Source: Takakia lepidozioides
Lineage: Eukaryota; Plantae; Bryophyta
NCBI GenBank assembly: GCA_030704615.1
Contig: CM060732.1
Location: 32,302,001 to 32,366,000, forward strand
DNA length: 64,000 bases
Reading direction: 5' to 3'
Part shown: in pieces, positions 25,081 to 37,300 of the stretch
How the letters are laid out: every line of letters begins with the position of its first letter
Numbering within the stretch: the first letter of the stretch is position 1
The notes under the pieces: model-generated
Databases searched by the model: none
The model's input: the letters and a program-made list of their open reading frames with translations, nothing else
Told to the model about the DNA's origin: nothing
Position numbers and translations under genes: made by a program

Positions 25081-28000
25081 TTAGCGAAGAGGACTTTTCC
25101 CCTTGAGCATGCCCAACAACTGGTCTAAGATGCGGGCCCCATCCTCACGTAAACCGGTATGCATGTACTCATTAGTCACCCATGTCCTGATCCCTGCAAT
25201 CTGTCCTGCAGTGGCCTCTGAGAGAGCAAAATTTACATACTGGTCCTCATAGTAAACAGCTGCTGCAACTGGAACCTGTGCAGGCAGTGTGGACTGTTAT
25301 CATCAAGAGAGCTGCACAGGTTCATGCTAAACACCCAAATCCTACTGGGTAAAGTTATCAGGCACAAGTGGTGTTGTTCACGAGTGGTCCGTCTCCAGGA
25401 GAAAGAAAGCCAGGATTATTTTTGGATATCACGTGCTCTCATTCGCCTACATGAGCGTGGCAGTCCGCATGCAGTCACTGGAGTCTCTAGAAGGCAGTTT
25501 CAATGATAGCTGACCTTGTGCAAGTGTGAAGACCTGGATGAAGAAGCTCAGCGACCAAGACGTGTACTGTGCATGCACATACCTTATTGGTGTTCAGTGC
25601 CTCACTGTTGTAAAGTGGGGGCCAGTCTGCTGTTTCGGCCAAAATGTGGGCAGCCTCCTTCAGTGGGCGCAATGCTGCAATCTCATCAAACATCCACGGG
25701 AACACCATCTGCTTACCCAGCCAATAACGACTTTCAGATCATAGGCACTGATGACAATGATGAACTCACATCTTGTGCTTCTGAAGCAGAGTCTAAATAA
25801 CAAGACAAAAATCAAATCCTCTAATCTAGAGCTAATGTCCTCAGTTAACAAAATGTAAACTTTGACACCATTAGGTTAATATTTGTCAATCCATACCAAA
25901 CCAGCACTCAGCTCGCAGAGACCATACAAATAGGACAATGTAGAACCCCTGCAGACAAGAATAGTGCATAGATCACGGTTTCTACAGAGAACAGGGGTGT
26001 AAGACAGAGTGAGCAAGACCTCCCCAGTAAAGAGAACACGTAGACCATTTGAGGCAGCCTTGACAGCATCAAACTGATTGCCCAACTCCTCCCGCACACG
26101 GTGCGCAGCCCACTTGGATGCAGCTCCCTTTATCAAGTACCACTACCCACAACACCTTTATCTGATATTTTGACACTGCTCAAACACAAGTGTAACTGAG
26201 AATTTCCATCTAACAAGTGTAACATCTGACATCACATTCAAATTACTGCAATATCACACTCTTGTCATTAACTGACCTTTGCTTTGTCTCCTCAACCCCC
26301 AACTGAAGGCTGATATATACAACATGGAGTCAAAGCATTTAATGTGTAGAGCACTTCATGTATAATCCACAAGCACTGATGGCCTACCTGGCAATATATG
26401 GACTCGTGCATGATCGCGTACAGTGGATTTGTATCAAAACTAAGTGAGTTTTCAAACTGCAATAGTACAATCATGCAATCATTACACTGTGGTGACTGTG
26501 GCCTGTTCATCTACTAAGTAGAGGCCAAAGTCCAGTGGAGCCAGTGTCCAGATGCTTCAATCTATCTACTACAAAAGAATGGACTCCAGCAGAATATTAT
26601 CAAAATAGACACAAGAAACAATGTTGAACACGTTAAAAAAGGCTTGACATCATCCTCTGTGTGGACTTGAGGGCAATTAAGACCCAATCATACCCTGCGA
26701 AGAAATGTGTGGCTGAGCTGTTTCTTGCTTCCAGGAACCAGCACCGGATCCCATGCTCCCTCAAATCTGCAAAACTTTGATATCAGTGCTTTCAGAGAAG
26801 TCACCATGTGACCATCCTAACCAGTTACCCAAATCACATCCAGTATTTCAGACCTGATTGTGTATCGAAAAACCAGCGATTTTTGTTGGTGGAGACTTCT
26901 GTGGAGGTTCAGTGAGAAAGCCATACACATGACGCTAGGACCACCTTTCTTCGCACAACATTACCGCCAATCTGGCAAGGATGCTGCAAAGTTTTCTAAT
27001 GCTATGCTTTCTTGACACCTTCTCACAGAGACCTCTTATTTACACTTTAGCTTAACTTATTAATGAAAGTAAAACTTTCAAACAACGCAAAGGCAGCATG
27101 GATTCACTTCTTACATGTAATGTAAGCTTTCAAAGCCTCCAGAGGAACCCAAGCCTAGCAAGCCCAGAAGCTGAAGACCACGTGGAGTCAATATTCCACC
27201 AGAGGGAAGAGGTACCTGCACTGCATTGCACACACACCAGATTAACTCCACTCTGTCCCTCGGGGGAAATCCTCGGAATGGAGCGCAGGATATTAAAAGC
27301 TTGTGGCTTGCAAGAACCTCTGCATCCTAGATCAAAATAGTTATAGCTAGGCTCTTTGTGATGATAGACCAGCAAAGAACTCCTGACAGAAGCTGGTGAC
27401 AAGTCAAATTGATTATATGGCGTAGTATGTACTCTGTGGCAAACCACATCGACTCTGAACGAATGACACTTTGACTGACCATAGCTACAGTACAAACAAC
27501 CATTGGATGCACTTGCAAAATGAGTAGATTCTGATAGACTCAGTTCACGAGGTTTGAGAGCTTTCAAGCTCACCCCTCCTCCTTCAGACTCTGCTAGATG
27601 AAGAACAACTGAACGCACAATTTCCTCATCTTGAGGAAAGCGCTCATAAAACTTGGCATTCTGAATGGCCACTCGCTTGTAGCATGCTCGATACACTGCT
27701 TCTGCCGTGCACCCATCATGCAGTGGTGGCAACCCACCAGTGAGCAACACATGCCGCAAGCCAGATGGTGCCATGCTGAGGTATGAGACAGCACAAAAGC
27801 CCCCGTAACTCTGATTGATCACAGTAAAGAGCCAGCTTTAGCCTCCTACAACACATCATTGAACAGAATATTATCAGCTTCATTCAAGTAAGGGCAATCC
27901 TGAAAAGCTTCAGAGGCGGAAAAGAGAGATATGTAGAAGAAAGGAGCAAGAGAGAGAAACAGACCTGCCCAAGTACAGTCCATGGTTCCCCATCTGGAAC

Positions 28001-30187
28001 CAAACACCCCCGCACAAATTCGGCATCCTTTACAATATTATCAGCTCTAAAATGCTGCAGATATGCTGCCTGCTGGTTTGGTGTTGCGAACTGGGAAAGC
28101 GCAGTTACAGTGAGTGGTGTAGAGAGTCCCGTCCCACGCTGTCATTCCACCATCTTTTGACCTATCAGAACTAAGTATTACTAAGAGGAACTTCAGACCT
28201 CTAAAGCCCTGCGCTCAATGCAGAAGCACCATCAAATTTGCAAGAAAAGTTACAACGCAGTAGATTATAACCAAGTTTTATATTGAGTTCTGCATCTGAA
28301 GGCTATCAGATTGGAAACTGTTTAAAGACAATCCAGGAGACTTCTGGCACCACTTGACTCCATGCATAATATGTGTTGCAACATAACCCCTTGACAACAG
28401 CATCATACTCAAGTTTTGCTCGGAAGGCCAGAACTTCAAGTACTTACAACCACATCATCAATGATCAGTGATTAGCAGTGCAAAAAAGCAGTTCAAATAC
28501 CGCAAGCACTTCCATTCAAGAGATATGATGGAACTTCCAGTTAGTGAGGGGGGGCGGCAAGGAGGGGGCCTTGTCTTTGGCAAAATCCCCAATCAGAATG
28601 TCGTTCTAGCATGTGAAAATGTCAGGCTAACAACTGTTTGATAATTTGAACAAAGAGATTGTTTAGTAAGGTACACTGCCTGGTCAAGAAGGATGACCCG
28701 ATACTCCTCACATGCTTTCTTCACCCAACCACTCGCCTCAGTTGGCCGACCGCACTCAAAGCCTGGGCCCCCTTGTAGAAACACCAAGAACGGCAGCTGC
28801 TTTTCCTCTTTCCCAGCTGCAATATGTGTTGGGCCATCTTAGAACTTGCCTTGGTTTATATGAGGTGATCTTCCCTCATCAAATCATATGCCCTCTCAGA
28901 CAAGGCCCTGACTTTTCCTCAGATTTACAACTTGTGACAATAGTCATTTCGTCCAGCTTCTAGGTCATCTTTGGACAGCTGTTAACGAACTCTTCAGTGT
29001 TATAAATTTGAAACTAGATATGCACAGCAGATATTTGCTGAGCTTTTTCTTCCTTCATGAACACGCTCATTAGAAAACTTGCTACACATCTGACGTATTG
29101 AGAGGCAATCTCAGGACTATTCCATGCAACTGAAGATCATAGCCCTAAACTGTGTTGATCTGCAGCATGTGCCCTTGATATTTGAATGTCAATCAACATG
29201 TTTCCCAATATCACAAAGATGGCCCAGCGTTGGCAACAGTGACATGTAATGAGAGAGACGTGCTGCAACAGGACACAGACTGATGCTCACCGCCAACCAC
29301 CTCTCGGGCAAAAATGGAGATGGAAGTGCCATTTGGGGAGTTATAATCAAGAGGGACCACAAAATAGTGGTCACGCAGGGCAAGGTCAGGTACTTGAAAC
29401 CACACCTCGAACTTGCTCCGGTGCATGATCTCTTCCTTGTCATTTGTAATTCCTGCCCTGCCATCCAAACCTCCCACATCCTAATCAATATTGCAATGGG
29501 AGAAGCTATGAGGTGTGCAAACGGGCGGCTCCAAGTTGCGTATGGCTTTTGAAGATCTGTAAGTCTGAAGACAGTCGGTCCACAATACAAATACTCATGC
29601 TGCATAATGCGTTCAGTGGCGGACCATGCAAAGTGTGTATCCCAGATAAGCAGGCTTCATTCTACAATAGAACATTCTATAGTACAACCCTTTCTTGTAA
29701 GAAGGTAAAGGCCGGAGGCAGAAAGACTGCGACAGAGCAAGTCACCCACGCCTCTCTACAGGAAGGACGTTCCAAACATTTGAAGATGGCATACTCCAAG
29801 GTCACAATCACCGCGGTGTACTACTAATTGTGAAAACGGTTGTTCCAGCCCCTCACGAAGTGCAAGACTCAAAATTGTCATAGCGCTTCCGCACGCCCGA
29901 CGATCCGATGCCAGTCAGATTTTCTACAAGAATGCAGATAAAAGGAGGAGACAAAGATCAAGAAGTGGAGGGGCATACTGCTGAGAAGAACAAATCACGG
30001 CCTGGGAGGGAGGAATAGCTGCAAGCCAAGCAGAAGAGTGCAGGGCAGTGACAGCAGCAGCAGCTGTGAGAACGCCGCCTGCCCATCCTTGCAAACATGT
30101 CCGTGGGCGCAGAGATGGTGAAGTACAGGGAGGCTGCGTTCTTGCGGACACTCGAATTGCCGTCATAAAAAATCGTGCACCAGCCAT
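25081..30187 (-). CDS. Proline iminopeptidase / prolyl aminopeptidase (alpha/beta hydrolase), at least 11 exons; N-terminal exons uncertain
   Basis: LRDHYFVVPLDY..ISIFAREV, FLQGGPGFE, ILLDQ|RGTGLS, HFRADNIVKDAE, nucleophile LGQ|SYGG, LLTGGLPP, TNPLYAIMHESIY, LFTGE|MVFPWMF, VAAAVYYEDQYV..TNEYMHTGLR; stop TAA at 25081-25083. Confidence 0.93.
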
Positions 30188-30565
30188 TTCAAATCCTGTT
30201 CCTCAACCTTCCAAGTGATGCTCCGAGCTGTAATCAAACGAGACACTCATTGAAACCAGATTGCACCGTGAAGCTTGCATCCACATGCTCGCTCTCTCAG
30301 TCAATCGCGAGCATCGCGCTCGAATTAGGAGAGAACATAACTACCGGCCTCTAACGGTCAACGCCGGTCAACGCGCGTATCCTGCCGACACAAGACAGGT
30401 TCACACGACGCAAAGCCGTCCGTCGCGTCGTGTCCATCCATCCATTCCTGGTGGACGGGGATCGACGGACGGACGGCAATGCACGTTGACAATGGTTAGG
30501 AATGGGATGTTGTAGCACACCAATTTAGCCACTGTCGTTAACGATTTCTGATGAAGATTCTGCCC

Positions 30566-31517
30566 CTTTTTCTTTTTTTTAAATAAAGAACAGGGGGATT
30601 GCAGCCCTGGTTATTTTATAGATGATAAGGAAAAAATAACCTTACAAAAAGCCATGAGGCAGATTACTGAGGTACTACTTCGAGCCTAAAGTTCAGATGC
30701 TAGGGAGAGATGGAAGCAAGATAAAGATAAGGGAAAAATAACCTTACAGAAAGCCATAAGGCATATTAATGAGGTACCACTCTGAGCCTAAAGTTCAGAT
30801 GCTAGGGAGAGATGGAAGCAAGACAAAGATAAGGAACTAACAAAAGTTCCTAACTAAGCCAAATAGAGAGAAGCAAGGAGCAAGAGCTACTGGTGAGCTT
30901 CCTGAAAAGCCTATGCAGGAAAGAAAGTCTCTTCCAAACAACAGATCAGGGAGGGAAAGATCCAAGCACCAATTAGCTATAACCTACATACAACCCTTTT
31001 TTTCTCTTGGGAGCTTCAAAGGTAAGCTGGGCCTTAGATTTTGCTTTCCTAGACCCACTACGTTTATGCCTCCAATTTACTTCCGAATCTTCCGCCTCCA
31101 GATGTGTTTGCTTAGTGCTGGTTGAGCTGCCAACAGGCAGGGACGGAGTCTTCCCACACAGTCGTGTCTGACAGTAAATTGCAAAAAACGAAGTCCTTCC
31201 CCCAGGATTTGTCGAAAGAGGCAAGCAGATGATCTCTTCTATTGTTGTTGCACCTGGAAAGAGCTGCAATAAGTACAGACCATGCTTTACGAGCTTCAAA
31301 CCTAAGGTTTGAGTGAGCCAGAAAAAGCACTCTCTGCATACAAGGCCTCTATTTCTGATATACCACACAGTATCTCATTTTCCATAACTGCCACAGGATT
31401 ATCCCTCTCAACGAACCCCCAACTGGACAAGAGCTATGCATTCTGTCACTCTTGACATTGAGCAAGAAGATAGATGGAGATGAGTCCAGATTTGATGACC
31501 AGAACGAATAAAGAAAG
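30566..31517 (-). mobile_element. 3' part of an L1/Tx1-type LINE (ORF2 C-terminus, 3' UTR, A-rich tail)
   Basis: Reading frame continues across the Gypsy insertion (..CPFVQAL*DKA|IFLYSFW..; IILWQLWKMRY); T-run at 30566-30580 is the tail on the minus strand; two ~100-bp tandem units at 30620-30830. Confidence 0.8.
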
Positions 31518-32909
31518 TGTCATGGTTTTAGTCAGGTTATCTAGAATTACCTACTTCTAGTTAACTAGGATATTTTAGATATTTATATTTATATTTTGTG
31601 TGTTGGGACTTCATTTGGTCTCACATGTCAAGTGAGGTGTCGAGCCTCACTTGAGACATGGGGATAAGTTTTCCCCTTGTGAGGATAGAGAAGGTTCATC
31701 TTCTTGTAGTTGAGCCTCCATGAGTCTTTCTCACCTCCATAGCTCTAGGTATTGAGAAGGAGTGTGTTGAGGGCTTTGTAGGGTGGATTCACTAGAAGGA
31801 AAACGCGGAATAACCACTGGCCTCCTTAACCACTCTTGTCTTTTACCACTCTATAAATCACTCCAAGTAATGGTAACCACTGGCCAGTGGTTAATTCCCA
31901 TGAAATGCCGCAGTGGCATCATATGGAGTGGTTGGAAGTGGTTTCAACCATTGAGTAATCCAAGTGTAATATTTAATTTTATATTTATTATTCAACATTT
32001 GGTCAAATGTTTATGTTATGATAATATCCGACATGGACGGGTACAGTGGTAAATTATGAGTGGTTAAAGACACCTCAGTGATGGGAAGTGGTTTAAACCA
32101 CTTTCTACTCCACGTGTAATAATTCATTTTTTTAGATTTTTATCATTTCAAAATATATTTTAATTAACAAATATATTATTCCACGTGGACGAGGATAGTT
32201 TACGTAGATCTGGAGTGGTTAAAGACCCCCCACTGATTGGTACCACTTGCACAGTGGTGGAATGTGAGTGGTTAAGACCCTTTTGTAACTGGAACCACTC
32301 TTCAAGTAGGCACTTGTGAGTGGTTACATACACGTGAGTGATTGGACCACTTTTGTGGTGGGTTGTGAGTGGTTGAAGACACCTGAGTGATGGGAGGTGA
32401 TTGAAACCACTTGCTACTCCGCGTGTAATAATTCAATTTTTATTTAAGATTTATCATTTCAAAATATATTTTAATTACGAACTATATTATTCCACGTGGA
32501 GGGGGATAGTATGCGTAGATCTGGAGTGGTTAAAGACCCCCATTGATTGGTACCACTTTGAGAGTGGTGTAGAGTGAGTGGTTACAGACCATTTAGTAAC
32601 TGGAACCAATCGGCCAGTGGTTACGCGTGAGTGATTACATACACACCAGTGATTGGTATTACTTCTGTGGTGATACATGAAAAACTTTAGTGGTTTGTGT
32701 GTTGATGGAAAACCCAAAATCCATCTATCGCTACATTCATCCATCCAGTCATGAGTAGAGGGGACTTAGTGTTTTTTTTGTCTTCCCTGCCACTGTGGCA
32801 ACGTAGCTACGGCGTAAGCCCAGCCCCGTGAGCCTGGGAGCTGAGCTCACGCTTCAGGGAAGCGTGAGCGGCACAAATCTGCTGGAGAAGCAGGTCCTAT
32901 AGGCAAGGA

Positions 32910-33509
32910 TTGCAGGAAGAGGGCATGCCTATGAAACTTGGGACGTCGCTGTCATCAACCGAGATAAGCATGCTGGAGGAGGGAGGGTTCTGTCTTGCAC
33001 GGTCCTGGGTGGTGCCCTCATGCACTGTCGGTACAGATGTGCCACATGCTCCGGCAATGCCTCCACCCGGTGCCAACTCCCACCCAACAAAAAGAGATGG
33101 AAAAACAGTGCGCCGTGTCGCTTCGGGTGCAGATCACGAATGCAAGATGGAATCGGCTAGAATTTTGCAGGTTCGGGTGACTCGTATCACCGAAGTCCCT
33201 ACCCCGGGGTATGGACGGATTTACATAGTGCTGTCTATTGGCTCAGTTCTTCATGACAAAGAATATCAGGTTACCGTGGGATATTTCCCTACGTGCACTT
33301 GTCCGGATTTTGTAACGATGCGTGAGGGCGCTCTCGGCATAAGAGGGAAGTGGGTCCCCTGCAAGCATCAATATTACATATACCTTGTAATTATGTGCTG
33401 CAACGGTAAGAGAGACCAATTCATTCACCAAGCCACACTAGGCTACGGAGAAGTAATCACCCTTCTGCAGCGGAACACCTCACGTAGGGCTCCACCAAAT
33501 TCTCTTTGA
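32910..33509 (+). CDS. SWIM zinc-finger ORF (possibly 5'-truncated) inside the CACTA element
   Basis: YQVTVGYFPTCTCPDF...VPCKHQYYIY = CxCx(n)CxH SWIM signature. Confidence 0.75.
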   Translation: MQEEGMPMKLGTSLSSTEISMLEEGGFCLARSWVVPSCTVGTDVPHAPAMPPPGANSHPTKRDGKTVRRVASGADHECKMESARILQVRVTRITEVPTPGYGRIYIVLSIGSVLHDKEYQVTVGYFPTCTCPDFVTMREGALGIRGKWVPCKHQYYIYLVIMCCNGKRDQFIHQATLGYGEVITLLQRNTSRRAPPNSL

Positions 33510-33719
33510 ACACATACGAGCCATGCCCGCTTCCCATGCTGGTTTCCAGGTTACCGTGTAAAGACTTTGCATTTAGGACAAACACATACATTTTGTTCGC
33601 GGAACCAGAGCAAATGCACATGCCATTCATTGTAAGCGTCTATCTGTGAATTGAAATAAAGTGTGTCAATCATTCTGAGCTCAAATCTGCCATATTTTCA
33701 TATTCCTCTTTTGGTGCAG

Positions 33720-36700
33720 GCATTGCAGACATGGTGCATGGTGGCCCCCTTTGTTTTGTCACGGTCAATCTGTGTTTTACGTCTCGTTGGGCGACGCCAA
33801 CGGCAGGGAAGTTTTGGTGGACGAGACCATTGTTGGAGGCTGCAGGGATCCAATATGGCGACGCATCAACGAGGAGTTTGAATCAATTATTTGTAAGAGG
33901 CTTGTTACACAGCCTTTCTCAGGCAAGATGTTCCATGTCTGGGATGGCAACCACCGATTGCTCGCCGCAGAACATGACATCGAGGTATCATAGCACTGAG
34001 GAGGAGTGGCACTATTGTGTGGCCTCCATGGTACTGGATCCCAAGGGAAACATCACTGCGTTCTTGACAGCAATGCATGACGTGAACAAGTAAGTGTCTT
34101 TCCTGAAATAACCTGATTCTTTCCCTCATGTATGTGTTCGGGAATCATATCAGACATGTGATGACATACCACTGCTTGTGGCAGGGGAACTGAAATCGCC
34201 CATGTTACAACGAACCTGGTACACACCCTGTTCAAGATCTAGAATATTGGCCAAATGCCCCTCAACACATTCAAGAGCATCCTCAGCCCAGAAACCTTCG
34301 CAAAATGCCAGACCTCCAAAACATCTGACACATGGTACAAGCTGGCAAGGGGAGCATTCATGGAATACATGTACACGGTTAGTATATCATCACCAAGAAC
34401 TTTCATTTTCTAGTACAATTCAAATTATTCTGTTATCTGATTTTTGATTGGTTTTTGCAGCAAGAGATAGCGGAGGCTGAGGAGAGGGCTAAAGCATAGT
34501 ACTACTTCAAAACCCCTGAGGGGATGAAAACATCGAAGGGAGTGGCTGAAGCAATGAAGTTAAAGATGAATGAGACTCGGAAGAAGCTCCTGAGCGCCTT
34601 GGTGAAACAACTGAGAATAGCAGACCCTGCCTTTGCGCCTCAATTCTTGAACGAGCTAAGGCCACTGGAACAACAACACCAAGCCAGAGATGACACAGGA
34701 AAAGCTGCAGCTCTTGTCAACTGCAGTGGTGGACTCCAAGCAGAAAGTTAAATGGTTAGAGATTTGGTATTCTGACCCAATAGTGAAGGACACATATTGC
34801 TTCCCAAAGGGGGAAAGAGACGAAAACACTGGCCACATCAGGCCCTTCAGCGATCAAGTTTTTGATACATGGCTGCACAAGCCACGTACTGGAGCCAAGT
34901 AATCTTGTGGACTGTCTTTTCTTGAATTTACAGAAGGATCTTCCCTGGTATGAACTCTAACGTTTTGGATTGCATCTTTTGACAGATTGAAGCTCATGCA
35001 AACCAAGTGCTGGAGAAGCAGCTAAATGCTTACAAGATGACGATGACCTTCCCCAAAGATACTCTAGATGATTACTTGAGATAGTGGAAGGCGACAACGT
35101 GGAGTAACTGTTTCTTCAGAGAGTTCGCCAGGGAGGGGGGCATATCCCGCACAAAAGAGTTCGAGCAGCAGTTCGGAGCCGAGGGAGCCATGAAAAGGGT
35201 CCTGTACATGTGGGTCATTTGAACTAAGCAGGTTCATCTTCTTCCTTTATGGCCCTCCAAAATTGCGTGCGTCACCGCACTCATTTTTGGAGGGTTAGCT
35301 CTCTGGACTGTTTTCCCTACGTCTCATTCAATGCAAGCTCATTTCTTGGAGACTCGCTGCCTATCTGGTTGTTTTTTCATGTTATGAGTTCTTGTTGTCT
35401 GACCTCTACCTTCAATTGTCTTCTGACGTTTATTAAGTTGTTTTCCAGTTGTGTGCGTGTTTGTCAACTTTTATTGGACCCCTTAAAATGTGTGCGTTGA
35501 CGCACACAGATTTCAGGGGCCACACATCATATAGTTTCTCCTCCACTTTCTGATATTGTGCCTGCATTGTTCTGTAGGTATATCAAGAACGTTCTGATTC
35601 CTTGGAACAACCTCAGCAAGTACCCAGGCTTCATCGACTTGTGGGCTGACTCCTCCAACAGCCATACCATGTACACTGCAACAATCCTCAGGGATTACGG
35701 TAGATATCACCTCAAGGACTGCTGCTGGTATCTCGACATACCCAAATCAGATTGCCCATGGTATGAGTTGCAGACACGGAACCAGAATGACAATGCGGAG
35801 TCATTGGCTCCACTAACAGACAGGGAACTGCATGACAGAAACCTGCAAAACCTTGTTGAGAAGGAACCTGCAGCCACTAACACTCCGGTGAGAGGGAAGG
35901 GGAAGGGAAAGGGCACAAAGGACAAAGGGAAGGAGAAGAGCGCCCAAGGGGATGCTGCAGTAGGTCAAGGATCGTAAACGCAAGGGGAAGTTTGAGCCAT
36001 TCGGCGTAGTGGAGCACCCATCCCGAATCAACCGAGAATGCAGATGCGAGCTTTACTCCTTCCTTGCCATGATGGAGACCAGGAAAGGTGGTTACACTGG
36101 AGATCCCTCTCCAACATGGGTTAAGATGAGTGCTTTTCTGGAGTCGGTAAGCAAATTTCCCATCTTCACTGTTGCAAATTTCCCACCTTCACTGTTGCAA
36201 ATTTCCCATCTTAGATGTGGTTTTGAATTTTTGTCGGCGCTGTTTGCAGGTTTCGTCGGGGCGGGATTGGGTGAATGGTGCTCAGAAGCCGTGTGCTGCA
36301 GACATGGTGATTGAGACATTTTGGACGGGCAGGCGGTACCAAATATTCTCCCCACTGGCACTTGCCCAACCTGGAATGCATTTGACGAAAGGTACTGGCG
36401 GTGGGTCTTCTCTTTTTGCAAGTTCTTTCTGTCGGATGGAGGGGTTCTGGTGATGATTCAGTCTATCACTACGAAATGCCGTCGGGAGATTTCAAGCTAT
36501 TTGAAGGCCTCAGGGATGAAGATCATCAAAACGTGGAATGGTGTGAACAGCCTGTACCTGACAAAGGGTGACTGCCCGGGACAAATGGTAATCATCCTTC
36601 TCTTTTCTGCTTCAATTTTATTGCAATTTGGCCCCTCCGGAATTGAGTGCGTTGACGCACTCAACTCCGGATGGTGCAATCGCTCTCATCTGAGTGGGAT

Positions 36701-37300
36701 TTTGAATCAGATCTTATCTGATTCATGATGTCTTTTTGAGCAGACCCGCCTTTTTGAAGCCGTGTGCCTCGTCAGGATTCGCCCAACTTCCACTCCTGTG
36801 TCAGTGAAGGAATTCAGGCTTCATGGGGGAGGCTGTTTTATCAACAACAGGTTTGATCTTGTGGTGGACGACATTCACTACAACTACGTAGATTCTAATG
36901 TGTGTTTGAGAAAGTCCAATTCCACACCATGGGAGAGTGGCAAAGGAGAAGAGCCCAACTTTTATTCAGACAATTATAGAGACATGCTCTCATCCGGGGT
37001 CGCGCATCATGGACCTCACTCTTGGGATAGATTAGACCCCGATCAATCTCTAGTGTTCTCTTCTTGTTGTAGAGTTTGTAAAACCTTGCTAACAGTACAA
37101 CGTCTTGTTGGCGCTTCGTACCATGCTTGCAAGGCTGGGGGCAGGCATTTGTTTGGTGTGGAAGGGGATGCGGATATTTTCAATGACATCATTGCAGGCT
37201 TGCAAGGGCCAGCCCCTGCCGTCCAGGAATAGGAGGGTACAGTGCTTGTGGATATCAACGAAGGGGACGACAAAGACCTGGACGACAATTTTGCATGTGA
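33720..37300 (+). pseudogene. Intron-containing ParB/Srx-like + beta-class N4-cytosine/N6-adenine DNA methyltransferase-like gene, disrupted
   Basis: MFHVWDGNHRLLA (~33928-33966; ParB-type DGxHR); ADMVI (~36298-36312, frameshifted at the catalytic motif) ..WNAFD..VFSFCKFFLSDGGVLV; KEKSPTFIQTIIETCSHPGSRIMDLTLGIG|ASYHACKAGGRHLFGVEGD (~36943-37170; SAM-binding motif I-II). Several GT..AG introns; stops and frameshifts. Confidence 0.75.
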
